This document shows positions 22,601-50,764 of a stretch of DNA of 64,000 nucleotides, in pieces. Every line of letters begins with the position of its first letter. Positions within the stretch are counted from its first letter, which is position 1. A model generated the notes under the pieces. That model had not been told where the DNA came from, searched no databases, and worked only from the letters and a program-made list of their open reading frames with translations. The stretch comes from Macrostomum lignano (taxonomy: Eukaryota): contig NIVC01003887.1 of assembly GCA_002269645.1 (NCBI GenBank), positions 7,381 to 71,380 on the forward strand, read 5' to 3'. A program made the translations under genes and the position numbers.

Positions 22601-25600
22601 CATGGATTTTAAGCTACATGATCCTTCACTTGAACTGCATGGATTTCAAGCTACATGATCCTTCACTTGAACTGCATGGATTTTAAGCTACATGATCCTT
22701 TACCTGAACTGCATAGATTTTAAGCTACATGATCCTTTACCTGAACTGCATGGATTTTAAGCTACATGATCCTTCACTTGAACTGCATGGATTTCAAGCT
22801 ACATGATCCTTCACTTGAACTGCATGGATTTTAAGCTACATGATCCTACACTTAAACTGCATGGATTTCAAGCTACATGATCCTTCACTTGAACTGCATG
22901 GATTTTAAGCTACATGATCCTTCACTTGAACTGCATGGATTTTAAGCTACATGATCCTTTACCTGAACTGCATGGATTTTAAGCTACATGATCCTTCACT
23001 TGAACTGCATGGATTTCAAGCTACATGATCCTTCACTTGAACTGCATGGATTTTAAGCTACATGATCCTTTACTTGAACTGCATGGATTTTAAGCTACAT
23101 GATCCTTCACTTGAACTGCATGGATTTCAAGCTACATGATCCTTCACTTGAACTGCATGGATTTCAAGCTACATGATCCTACACTTAAACTGCATGGATT
23201 TAAAGCTACATGATCCTTCACTTGAACTGCATGGATTTTAAGCTACATGATCCTACACTTAAACTGCATGGATTTTAAGCTACATGATCCTTCACTTGAA
23301 CTGCATGGATTTTAAGCTACATGATCCTTTACCTGAACTGCATGGATTTCAAGCTACATGATCCTTCACTTGAACTGCATGGATTTCAAGCTACATGATC
23401 CTTCACTTGAACTGCATGGATTTCAAGTTACATGATCCTTCACTTGAACTGCATGGATTTCAAGCTACATGATCCTTCACTTGAACTGCATGGATTTTAA
23501 GCTACATGATCCTTCACTTGAACTGCATGAATTTTAAGCTACATGATCCTTTACCTGAACTGCATAGATTTTAAGCTACATGATCCTTTACCTGAACTGC
23601 ATGGATTTTAAGCTACATGATCCTTCACTTGAACTGCATGGATTTCAAGTTACATGATCCTTCACTTGAACTGCATGGATTTCAAGCTACATGATCCTTC
23701 ACTTGAACTGAATGGATTTTAAGCTACATGATCCTTCACTTGAACTGCATGGATTTTAAGCTACATGATCCTTTACCTGAACTGCATAGATTTTAAGCTA
23801 CATGATCCTTTACCTGAACTGCATGGATTTAAAGCTACCAGTACATGATCCTTCACTTGAACTGCATGGATTTTAAGCTACATGATCCTTTACCTGAACT
23901 GCATGAATTTTAAGCTACATGATCCTTCACTTGAAGTGCATGGATTTTAAGCTACATGATCCTTCACTTGAACTGCATGGATTTCAAGCTACATGATCCT
24001 TCACTTGAACTGCATGGATTTTAAGCTACATGATCCTACACTTAAACTGCATGGATTTCAAGCTACATGATCCTTCACTTGAACTGCATGGATTTTAAGC
24101 TACATGATCCTTCACTTGAACTGCATGGATTTTAAGCTACATGATCCTTTACCTGAACTGCATGGATTTTAAGCTACATGATCCTTCACTTAAACTGCAT
24201 GGATTTCAAGCTACATGATCCTTCACTTGAACTGCATGGATTTTAAGCTACATGATCCTTCACTTGAACTGCATGGATTTTAAGCTACATGATCCTTCAC
24301 TTGAACTGCATGGATTTCAAGCTACATGATCCTTCACTTGAACTGCATGGATTTTAAGCTACATGATCCTACACTTAAACTGCATGGATTTAAAGCTACA
24401 TGATCCTTCACTTGAACTGCATGGATTTTAAGCTACATGATCCTACACTTAAACTGCATGGATTTTAAGCTACATGATCCTTCACTTGAACTGCATGGAT
24501 TTTAAGCTACATGATCCTTTACCTGAACTGCATGGATTTAAAGCTACATGATCCTTCACTTGAACTGCATGGATTTCAAGCTACATGATCCTTCACTTGA
24601 ACTGCATGGATTTCAAGTTACATGATCCTTCACTTGAACTGCATGGATTTCAAGCTACATGATCCTTCACTTGAACTGCATGGATTTTAAGCTACATGAT
24701 CCTTCACTTGAACTGCATGAATTTTAAGCTACATGATCCTACACTTAAACTGCATGGATTACAAGCTACATGATCCTTCACTTGAACTGCATGGATTTTA
24801 AGCTACATGATCCTTCACTTGAACTGCATGGATTTCAAGCTACATGATCCTTCACTTGAACTGCATGGATTTTAAGCTACATGATCCTTCACTTGAACTG
24901 CATGGATTTTAAGCTACATGATCCTACACTTAAACTGCATGGATTTTAAGCTACATGATCCTTCACTTGAACTGCATGGATTTTAAGCTACATGATCCTT
25001 TACCTGAACTGCATGGATTTTAAGCTACATGATCCTTCACTTGAACTGCATGGATTTCAAGCTACATGATCCTTCACTTGAACTGCATGGATTTCAAGCT
25101 ACATGATCCTTCACTTGAACTGCATGGATTTTAAGCTACATGATCCTTCACTTGAACTGCATGGATTTTAAGCTACATGATCCTTCACTTAAACTGCATG
25201 GATTTTAAGCTACATGATCCTTCACTTGAACTGCATGGATTTCAAGCTACATGATCCTTCACTTGAACTTAATGGATTTTAAGCTACATGATCCTTTACC
25301 TGAACTGCATGGATTTAAAGCTACATGATCCTTCACTTGAACTGCATGGATTTTAAGCTACATGATCCTTCACTTGAACTGCATGGATTTCAAGCTACAT
25401 GATCCTTTACCTGAACTGCATGGATTTTAAGCTACATGATCCTTCACTTGAACTGCATGGATTTTAAGCTACATGATCCTTCACTTGAACTGCATGGATT
25501 TTAAGCTACATGATCCTTCACTTGAACTGCATGGATTTCAAGCTACATGATCCTTCACTTGAACTGCATGGATTTTAAGCTACATGATCCTTTACCTGAA

Positions 25601-25724
25601 CTGCATGGATTTTAAGCTACATGATCCTTCACTTGAACTGCATGGATTTTAAGCTACATGATCCTTTACCTGAACTGCATGGATTTTAAGCTACATGATC
25701 CTTTACCTGAGCTGCATAGATTTC
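19694..25724. repeat. 37-bp satellite (GATCCTTCACTTGAACTGCATGGATTTTAAGCTACAT)n, about 163 copies
   Basis: Direct reading; no spacers; a few recurrent variant monomers. Confidence 0.98.
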
Positions 25725-27425
25725 AGCAGCCACGGTGCCATAAGCGTGCACGCAAATCCATGATTATACATGTAAAATTAGTACTGAATTCCCACACCAA
25801 TCCTTTATAAATTTACTCTGCCACGCCGAGGGGCGAGAAGACGGGAGGGCGAAAGGAGGAAGGGAGAAACTCGAGGCAGAGCGCCCACCCTAAGCCTGAG
25901 GCGGTCCGAAGCGGCCAGCTGAGGCGATGAGGTGAAAAGGAGTTGCCAAGAAATTCGGCATTTCATGAGAGCAGAAGGTGGTCAGTACGGAGGCACAATG
26001 AGCTGCTCAGAGTCTCTGTAGTGAGGAGGCTTACAGCTCTAAATGATGCAGTTTGAGACGGTGCTGGAGGGGCGGCTCGAGCTAGGAGAGGGGGGGGGGC
26101 AGCCACCCTCACTCTGGGCAGCGAGGCGCGATCTGTGCGTCCCAAGCAGCCACCGAGTTTCCATTGCCTGCCGATGCTTATTAGCAATGACGCTGCAGAG
26201 ATGAGCAGCGCACACCTGAGCTGTCTGAGGCTGCAGTGGCGGCTGCTCCCGAATGAGTTGCAGCCCCAGCCTTGCACAATGGAGACTCTGCATTGTGCTT
26301 GAGCACCCTACCTGCCCCCTCACTGCACCTTCGTTTCTGTGCTCGGAGATGACGGGCGGAGGCAGAGATTGCATTGCAAAGCCAGTTGCACTTTTGCTTC
26401 TTTAGCTAAGTGTTTATTGGGCGGAGTGTGCGGAGTCTGAGCTGGGGTCTGATGGGGAACGGGAAAGCTGAGTGAGGAGCATCTACAGTGAGGAAGCTGG
26501 CAGCTCTAAATGATGCAGAATGAGATAAAGCTGAGCTCGCAGCCTCCGACAGCAGGCATTTAATTGTTTGTCAAGTTAGCCAAGTCTTCTCAATGAACTG
26601 GTTTCAGAGATGTACTTTTAGACTGAATTCTGTTTTTTTCATATTTAAACTCTCAGTCCCAGTCCAGTAATTAAATTCAGCAGTGTCATCTCAATTTCCT
26701 ATTTCAGTTGCTAGTTTCAATTTAAATTATTTTGTAAATAGAATACTACATATTTTTTAAATTAAAATATTTGCTATTCTCCAGATTCTGAATTCCAGTC
26801 CAGCCACAGCTGCCACAGGACTCAGAGCACCCCCACCAGTTCTCAGGCCGCCACCGCAAGAAGGGGCTCTGCAAACTCTCAACTCATCATGGCTGGGCGC
26901 CGCACCGAGGAAAGAGAGACAGAAAGAGATGCAGAGGCTGCACACAGCAGCCCAGCTGCACACAATGGGGCCTCATTAGCTTTGCCTCATTGTCCAAAAA
27001 CCCCTGCACAAAGTTCACCTGTTGTGCACCCGCCTCTCCTTGCCGAATGAGCGCAGCATCTCTGCCGCATCAGTTTTACCTTCTACTGCTCAATCTGAGC
27101 TTGTACAGATGAAGAAAAAATGGAGGCTGGGAGAGGCAGAAAGAAGCTGCTACTGGTACTAATTAAAAAAACCGGTGAGTCGAGTGGAGCTCTTGTTATT
27201 GTTTCACAGCACAGCAACTAAGTGTTATAAAATATGCATCATTATAAGTAGTACTGCAGCCTATACTGCTCAGAGTAGTACACAGCAAAAGAAAGAGGGA
27301 AAAATATTTTAGCCAATCCGCCACAGGCAGCCAAGGCTATAAAATTAGCAACACAGGAGGTCTCTGTCCTGTCAGACACAGAGCTGCTGACACATCTTGC
27401 ATCAACAAGCAGCCCGCGCTGTGCC

Positions 27426-30400
27426 ATGTCAAGCTCTTCAGACGATTCAAATTCCACTTGGGAAGACGAAGAAGTAACTGCTGAGTTCCCTGACTATGCG
27501 GTAAGTTAAAGCCACAGAAATTTACGATTAGTAACTCCGGTAGCTCGTAAATTCAAGTCTACTCAAAATCTTCCATGCTTAGATGTAGGTCACAGGGTGT
27601 GTCAATTTCAGCTGCAAGAACTCACTCAAATTGAAGTGATCCTACTTCTAGCTTATGCCCAGTTCTATGCTTTAGTCTAATGCGAACATCAGAAGGTTTT
27701 TTCTATCTGGAACACACAGCACATGCTTGTGTCCCAGTAAAGATCCCAGTGCGTCAAGCGTTAGAACACATCTAACGGTAGCGTTCAGTGAGAAGGAAGC
27801 TCTCGCTCCTTTTTCTCTTTCTGCTACTCCTCCCTTTTCACTCGCTCTCTCCCTCTCGCTCTCCTACTCAAACTTACCTTCTGAACTCCTAGTCTAAAGT
27901 AATCTATTCAGACGATATCCAGAGTAATCATCTCACCCCACCGTAGAATAAAAAGACTGACGAATCGAGCCTAGACTACAATATCTCAGCCTAACTCAGA
28001 CATCAGCTGAAAACATGTCAAGATATCGATGTACAAAAAAGTGTGGTTGGCTCTCCTTTTCACTTTAAATTGTTTTATACAATTGCCTGTTTAACGTCTG
28101 TTTAAAGCTGTAACGATAAGAGAAACTATAGAAATATGACATTCATGCTAAGGGTTGAAGATTGAGAGAAACCTATCGAACATTCGACTTAATTAGATGA
28201 TTAGAAGCATATACGATTAGATGTAGACGTACTTAAAAATCTTTGAATGTGCAGCTTGGGTGCCTCAATCGCAGTTGCAGCAACTCACTCAGCCGGACCC
28301 CACCAACCGGGCAAGCGTCGGAGACTCACCAGCCGATCTCCAGACTCTCGCCCACGACGTTATCCGAGGTGACTTCGGACAGGTACGGCGGCTGGCAACG
28401 CGCCAGCTGGTCACCAGCGCTGATGCAGCTCGTCGGACCGTCCTCATGCTGGTGGCCGACGCTCCTGAGACTCCCGTGCACACTGAAAGTGCATCTTGTA
28501 CTTATTTGAGCTGGGCGCGAACCCCAAGGCGGCTGACGCGAACGGCGACACGGCTGCGCACCTGGCAGCCCGTCGGGACCACCTGCGGCTGCTGACACTG
28601 CTGTCGTTCGATGCGAAGTGGCTGCGGAACGACAACGGCGCCACTTCGCTGATGGAGGCGGCGCGGACTGGAAGCTGGAAATGCGCCAAGCACCTGCTGC
28701 ACCTGCTCAGGCAGCAGAGGTTTAGTGATTGCTGGAAGCAGGGAAACTCAAAAAGGTTGCAGCTGTTCGGACTGAAGGATCGCGAGGGTCGGACGGCGTC
28801 GGACCTGGCGAGGCTCAGCGGCCACTCAGAGCTGGCCAGCTACATCAAGCGGTAAGTGAGCAGTTCGCTACTGTGTCCGTCAAGTTCTGCTTAATCGTTC
28901 AGAAATAGCTCACATTTTCATAATCACAATCTTGGCTGTATGAGAGAAGAGAACCAAATTACAGCTTAAAAGTTCATCATGAAACATTTCCCGGAAGGGT
29001 TCAATTAGAAAACGCATTTTACTTTCCTTTTTGCTGCAGCGAGATGCGCCTGGCTGTGGATGTCGGTGGCAGGATCTCCGGCCTGACAGCCCAGGTGAGC
29101 GGCATATTCGGTGCCGATGCGGCTGCAGCTGAGCAGCTGTGCTCAAATTTCCCGCTCGCCTTTGCAGGAAGAGGCGGATCGACAGGAACTGCAGCGGCTG
29201 GTGAGGGCAGGCGACTCGGCGGGACTGCGGCGAGCGGCGACCCGCGGTAATTCTGATTTGCCCAATGATTGGGGTCAAACCGCATTGATGTGGGCAGCTC
29301 AAAACAGCTCGTGCAGTGATGAGACTCTGTGGGAGCAGCTGGTACAGCTGGGTGACCCCACCTGTGCGGATATTTTGGCTGAAAATTGCCTGCACCAGGC
29401 AGCCAAGGCCGGGAATTCTGTCGCAGCCTCCGCTCTGCTGGCTGCCGGAGCCTCCGCCAATGCCAGGGAAGGAGCTGAGTTCACACCGCTTATGTGGGCT
29501 GCTTTCACGGCACCGCTCCACACCGCCGCTGCAGTCGGTCGGGTTCTGCTGGACTCAGGCTCAAATTGGAGTCTCAAGGACTGCTATGGCATGACTGCGT
29601 TTGATTTGGCCAGAAAGAAAGGAAAGAGCGAACTGGCTGAGCTGCTTCGAGGGTGAGTTTTGATGAAAATGTTGTACCAATATCACCAACCGGCATTGCT
29701 CAGAATCCCACAGACCAAGATAAGAACACTAAGATCATTTCGAAAGCTTGATTGTTCGCAAAACACGATTCAAATTTCTACACGTTTCAGGCTCAAAGAC
29801 GAGAAATTTTTCGATGAGCCTCCGTGAGTTTTTTTCAGCGCAGACACATGTATGTAAGCATACTCTTGAACTGCCGAAGAAAGTCTTAACTCAATTCGCA
29901 TCCCCTCAGACCCGAAGGCCCACCGTTCCTGGAGCGCTGGGACGCCGTTCGCCTCATCGGCCGCGGAGCCTTCGGCGAAGTTCACGAAGTTCGAACTGAC
30001 ACGGGCGTCACGTGCGCTGCCAAGACTCTCAGACTGCCTCTGCAGCTCGGTGATGAGCTACCCTCTGTGAGCACAGAGATCCACAGAGCTGTCGAGAGCG
30101 AGAGAAACCTGTGTCGACTGCGGCATCCCAACATCGTCAGGTTCTTGCACATCGCTCAGCCGGAGCCCGACACAGTCGTTGTGTTCATGGAGCTGCTGGA
30201 CGGCCGAAGCTTGGAGAGGTTTATCGACAACAAGCCACTGGACGAGCAGATGATTCGAGACTTCAGCGAGCAGGTGACCATTGTGCATCCTTGATGCGGG
30301 GAGGGAGCGCCAGTCTCTGCGGGGGAGGGAGCGAACCTCCTCCCTCGCAGTCTCCTGTTCCATGTTTCCATGAATGATGACTGCTCACTGACCGACCGCT

Positions 30401-30948
30401 CGCAGATCTGCCGCGCGCTGCTCTACCTGCACAGCGGGCAGCCGCCCGTGATCCACAGAGACATCAACTGCTCGAACATAATTGTTTGTGCTGACAACAC
30501 GCGAATCAAGCTGATCGACTTGGGCCTGTCAATCAAGCTGGAGCTGTCAATCAGCCACATCTCAGCCTCCTCTCAATCGCTACCCAAAGGCACTCTGAAC
30601 TTCATGGCGCCAGAGCTGCTCGGAGCGGGAGAGTCGGACAGCGTGCAGTACAGCAGAAAGTCGGACATCTGGGCGTTCGGCTGCTCGGTCTTCCAGATGG
30701 CCTCCGGCGCGAGGCCGTTCGCGAACGCCAAAAGCCTGTTAGAAATGGCCCAGCTGATCGACAGGAGGGGCGCCCCCGCCCTGCCAGACGGCCGGTCCGC
30801 AGAGCTGAGGGATTTCTACAGCCGCTGCACCACTAAAGACTACCGGAAGAGAAGCTCAGCACAGGAGCTGCTGAAGCACGAGTTCCTGACGGGAGGGAAG
30901 CGTATGCGGAAGGATTTTCCCTTTGCGCTTTTTGGCGATAGAAAATAA
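27426..30948 (+). CDS. Ankyrin-repeat + MAP3K/STE11-like kinase, copy 2, with one frameshift in exon 2. Exons 27426-27500, 28275-28851, 29040-29094, 29168-29652, 29910-30273, 30406-30948
   Basis: Exons 3-5 have the same sizes as in copy 1 (55/485/364 nt). Exon 2 is 577 nt versus 578 nt, from a 1-nt loss near 28487-28491. Kinase has DLG in place of DFG. Confidence 0.83.
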
Positions 30949-33900
30949 AACGAACCTTGTCAGTGCACTTTTTGAGGCTGACTTTCTCAGCTTGGCTTGC
31001 AATGTGTTTGACTTGAACTGGAAGCTTTAGCTATATTTGAATTTTTTGCCCTTCTCATTAAGACTTGTGCCTTGTACGGGCCTTATAGTTTCTTTTCATG
31101 TTGCTGTGGTTACCACAGTCTACTTGCTGACATTGTCTTTTTGTCATACAATTTTTTACTGTTGGTTTTCTTTGAAGAAAAATTCCAACTCAAATTTATG
31201 TTCTATGAACTTTTCATATATGCCGCAATTAATTTCACACTGAGCTTTCATAGCAATCAAAAAAGAAAGATTTTTGGTGGCTATTGGCTTGTACAATTAA
31301 GATGAAAAATGGCACCAGGTAGCGAGAATGTGAGTGCGAGTGTGAATGGTATATGAATGCCAGCTATCTTAGAGCCTTTATTCGCCTTTAAGCCCTACTG
31401 TTACTCTGCTCCTATTTTTAGACACATTTGTTGACAGGGCATCGCTACTGTTTTTGTTTTTGTTATCTGCTGAGTCACAAAAGTATATTCGAAAAACACG
31501 TGATGAACTCAAGCGAGGAGGCCATTGCGCACAGGTGTCACCCCCAGGAAGGCGTAGCAGCCAATTTGATATACAAACTATACCATGGAATGGAGCGTTA
31601 ACTAACTTGCTTTTCTCATTTTTACTCCAGCTGCTCCGTTTTGTTACGATTCTTCCAACTCGAACGTACTGAAACGCGTTGCTTTACCTCTGCTCGGGGA
31701 TCGGAAATCGGGGGTATTGCAACAGTGTACGCCCTTCATTGTCTTTACGCTTTTCTTTGACTAAACGTTTAGCCATAGCCCTCTCGACCAACGTGCACTA
31801 GCACTGGCCCCTCCAACGATTGCGTACATTACAGCCGCACGTCGGCTGTGACAATATACTTGTTGAAAGTCCACTGAGTTCATTGAAATTCAGAGTTAAT
31901 TAATTTCACGGCAACGGACTCTGGCACGAGCGGCGATAAGATGCGAGTTACATCACGAGTCAGAGAATGAAACTGTACGCTGGGAAGAGGTGACAGTTTG
32001 AGATTATTCTGAAGATGCAGCCATTTTCATAAATTCAGGTTACAGCTCTTGTCATCAGTTTTCAATAAGCTAAAATAGTCAGAAACTGTCAAAATCCTTT
32101 ACAGAGATACAAACAGCTTACTTTTAATAAGATGAACAGCAAAAGTTTGACTCTGAGCTTATTGTAAACACCAGAAATTTGCGGCAGAACCACTGCTGCA
32201 CCGACAGTGAGGCTTTTCCGGTGGGCCACTGCAAGCAGCCAGGCTGTGTTTGGCACCCGACTTGTTCGTTGTGTTTTGCAGAGCACTGCTGATCTCTATC
32301 TGGTAGCGCCAGCTTCGGATCTTTATTTATAGCGTCAACTGTGAAGTGTGAACTGTTAATTCAAAATGTAAACAGTAAAGACCAAGTATTGGGTTACTGG
32401 GTCATATGAAAATTCCATTTTACTTACAATCAACATTGGGACGATAATTGCATAAATATAAAGCTACATAAGAAACAAAAAAATAAATCTCAAATCTCGT
32501 TTTCGGGTGATGCAGTTGCATCGAGTCGATACGAGCCTACGTTGGAGACCGCCTGCCGACTCCTCAGTGATGCTGTCCCAATCCAGTAGCCATTCGCTCT
32601 TAGTTAGAGGAACCTCCAGCAGCAAAGCGAACTTACCATTGGCTTCCTTGATTACCTGAACATAGAGTATGCTATGTATTCACATAGAGATTTTGATATG
32701 GCCAGTAGGAATTTTCCGTTGTGCCTCAGTGAACTCATTCTCTTTATCTGGTTTTGACAGTTTCGCAGCATCGCCATAATTGAGAACTACTATTGTGAAG
32801 TTAAAGCTTAGTCCCGTATATCAGGTATGGAATCAATTAATAAATGACATTTGATTGGTTTTCGAATTCCAGAACCGCCGCAAATATAGCAGAACATAGC
32901 GTGCCTTCCTAGATGAAACTCCAAACAATGTTGTTTATTCTATCGATTTTTTAAGTATGAATATTCAAATTGTCATTTCTGAAGCTGATTTGGTGCTCAG
33001 GTCGCTGTACTTGTTTGCTCAATCGAAAGGATATTTATCTACATATGTTGCACCACGTAGAATTTTCACAAAGTCAGTGTGATACAAGCACAGTAAGTAA
33101 GCAATCATACAAGAGTTGTACAGTCTCGCAAAACCACAGACTGCCAATAGCCGCAAAGTCAATTAAGTCCTCGTGCATATCCACGCTCAGAAATCTTTAC
33201 CAAAAAGAGCATTTCGGCTTCCTAGTTACCGGACCAGGACCGGATGTTGCAGTTTAAAATATATTTCAGAACCCTGGCAACCCTGGCAGAAAGTCTTCGT
33301 TGTTTGCTATTGCACCATGTCTAAACTAATGTCTAAAGCCTTCATCAAGTTGACATCTTTGTTGTGTAGAATTTGTGGCCGCACCGAAATTCAGATGCTG
33401 CCACGCAGAAAAACATCATCCAGTGATTGTCGGCTGTTTCGCCATCTTGGATCTCGCAGAAGTGGCTCAGCTCGCGTCTTCGATGACTCGTTGAATTCCA
33501 GAAGGACTTGAAAGCTTCAGTAGCAACTTTATCTGAAGCCAGACCGACAAAGTTGATGAGGTTCGGCTTGGAGTTGTTGTACAGCGGTGGCGCCAGAGCA
33601 GTTAGCGGGATTTGTATGAATTCCCCAACACTGCTAATGTTATAAACTTGCGAACTGATGGGTTTCAGTTTCACTGGGGCCAGATTAAACATATAGAATG
33701 AGCGGTATTTTTTTGCAAAACCTGTAGACATTCGCTCTCCAATGTGCAATTCTCGATAGAGTACAGAGCGCACCAAAACCAACCTGTTGAGTTGATTCGT
33801 TCAGCTTCATTTCGCGATACTCTCTCAGAATGGGCTCGTAAATTTTCTGAAGATTTAGAAGCAAACCGGAACTAGAACCATGTTGGAACTAGAGCTATTC

Positions 33901-35907
33901 TCGAGCTGTTCGGGAGTTGGCAAAACAGGTGTACATGGCACATCAAGCTAAAGAGCCGTGCATAGCTTGATTGCGGAACTTCCAAATAGTGAGTGGAACT
34001 TCCTTCAGTTTTAGGTTCCTTCTAGTTTGTTTCTGTTTGAGATTCTGGAAACTTTGAGTTACCTGTCGTTCAACAGACAGGTCCCCTCTAGAAACTTGCA
34101 AAAATTATCGAACATTTTGCGCGTATTGCCACTTGGAAAAACGTTAACTTTCGTAGCTAACCTAGCTACTTAGCTTGTCTCATATGAGTAGTATAGAAGG
34201 AATTCGAGGCAGCAGAAAAGGATATTTTTACAGAGATTATTTCAAACTTGCAGGAAAAGTTAGAAATTATTAAAAAAATAGCTGTTAAGACGATATTATA
34301 TGCTAAAATATCGCATTAGCTCGTAAGCAGTTTTTCATCATAGCTCACCTGTCTGACTCCAGTGGAATTTGATAGCGCTAAGTCCGTGCGATCGCATCAG
34401 TTAAATCCGGCTCATTTTATAGCTAGCTGAGTCAACTCTGCAGTCCCTGCAATTGTCTGAACATATGCTTCATTAATAAAACAATAATATCTACCTACGG
34501 GCAGCAAGGGTTCTGCAGTCAGCATGTCTAGGCACATTCCATTTGCGTAATCCGTTAGCAACTAAGCACACAAGCTAAGGTCTTGCGCGACAGATGTGAC
34601 CTCCGTCCACGCCGGTCCAGCTGGCAGGCTTAACCCAGTTTTGCATAACCTGCCGCACTGAACCTACCCAGACCGTTTGTCTGTCTGCTTGCCTGTCCGT
34701 CTGAAAGTTGTTTTTGTACAGCGTAAGGTTATTTAGTTTCTAGTGAGCGACGCACTACTAGAGTGACCTGATGCTTTCAGCGCGCCCTGCTTTGAACTTT
34801 GCTTGTTCAAACGTGAGAAGGCTTAATTAGCGCGTGTATCAATACGCGCAATATCAGTCTAACCAGGATTGAATATGTAAAAGTACAATGACTTCTCAAG
34901 CCGCAAGGTCGGTGTACTATCGTACGAATCGTAAAATTTATACTTGGCGAAACGTTTGTCTCGGAAACCTACTTCCCTCCATATTTCTTTGAAGACTGGA
35001 AGAAAACTTTGCGCAGATACTGGTACATGGTATTCGTATTGTCATTATTGAAGATTTTTAATTGATAATGGAATTCTACTAATAACAGTACTATGTAAAT
35101 TACTACTCCGAACTCGGAATTGTAATCTTAACCTATAACATTGATTGTACACACTGGTGCACAATGACTGAAAAGCATCCTGGCACTTTCTAATAAGCAG
35201 CTATGCTGCAGCAGTGCTTCACAGAAGACACTTGACATGGAAACAGCATAAATCGAAGCTTTTGGGAAGCAAAAGAGATAAAAAACAGAGCGGTCAGTTT
35301 CCACAGTCTCGCAGCGAATCCTAAATTGAGCTCGCGGACTCGAAAGTTCGGCAAGAGCCGAAATCTTCGACTTGAGCCACTTAAACACGAGCCCTGCAAC
35401 TAAAGACTTCCGTCACCTCTTCAGTTGGCTAGCACTGCCGCTCCGGAGCGTGAAGTGGCTTGCTGAAACGGGTTAGAAGGCCCTGAAGGTCGCAGAAAGT
35501 TTCGGCGTACGTGTGACGTTTAAAACAGTACTAAGGGTACGAACCGGTGTTTATCTTAACTACGAGCTAACTTTAAAGTTGTGATGCTACTTTGAGTAAA
35601 AAATTAAGTCTGTGACATAAAAACGTTGGCCGCTATTACTTTTAATAGTGATTGAGAGTTCAGGATTTCATTTCCAAAGTCTTCGACTGCCTGAGCTCTC
35701 TGATTGGCTGAGGCCTCTGAATGTTTAGACCGACCAAATCCAGTGTATTAATACAAAAGAATCACCTACTGCTGGACCCGCGATTGAGGAATTCAAGCGC
35801 CCATCTTTCTGAGGAAAATTCTCATACCTCATCATCAAATCACTCCAAAGGAAGTGAATCGACAAGTGTTAAAGACTTTTCCAGCAGATCCACACGCTGC
35901 TGTCTTC

Positions 35908-50034
<14,127 letters not shown>

Positions 50035-50679
50035 GTTGGTGGGATGAAATTTATGATTTCTTAACCCAGTTAAACTGTTTAATCAGCTCTGCGGTAAACG
50101 CGACTGACCCCTCCCGCCAAGATCTCTGGTTCAATTCTGTGCGTGGGACACATTCATTTGAGGCTTCTGCACAAAACTGGCCTCCTAAAGAGTTGTCCCT
50201 CCTGCGAATAAATATTTTTGGCGATCAGATTCAATGAGTTTTTCTATTTTGTACTTTTAGAACCTCAAAAAGAAGCTGTGCACAGCAGGCGTGGTTCGAA
50301 AGTCCTGTATTGAGCAGCTGGCCACCAAAGGCTCGGACCTCTTGCAAGAGCTCAAGGATGTTCGATTCACAGGTTTGTACTTTATACGCTTGTAGTGTGC
50401 TCGCAATTAATGTCCTAAGTTTTAAATCTACAGCAGTTAATAGAACTAACTGATTAATCAATGAACTATGCAACAGTGATAGTAGTAGGGGAAATGTGGA
50501 CTCTGCCGCAGGAATTTCCGTGGGAAAACCACGGGGCTATAGTGTGTAAACATAGCGCCTATGTAAATGCATTGGTGGACTCTGCCGCAGGGAAAGCCAT
50601 GGAAATTCCATGGGGCCTTAGTGAGAGAACATAGGCCTATGTTTTTCTATTGCTGTATGTCTGCTGCAGTGGTTTAGTC

Positions 50680-50687
50680 TATATAAG
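50680..50687 (+). promoter_or_regulatory. TATA box (TATATAAG) upstream of the first Polinton gene
   Basis: About 28 nt before a TTCA initiator-like site and about 80 nt before the ATG at 50765. Confidence 0.55.
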
Positions 50688-50764
50688 GACCAAAAAATCT
50701 CTTTGATTCATGAAAAAACGATTTTTTTTTCGACGAGATAGTTTATTCTGTTAGATTTTAAGTC

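Noticed and set aside
19694-25724. CRISPR array (37-bp, partly palindromic unit)
   Set aside because: Units are head-to-tail with no unique spacers, there are no cas genes, and the context is eukaryotic.
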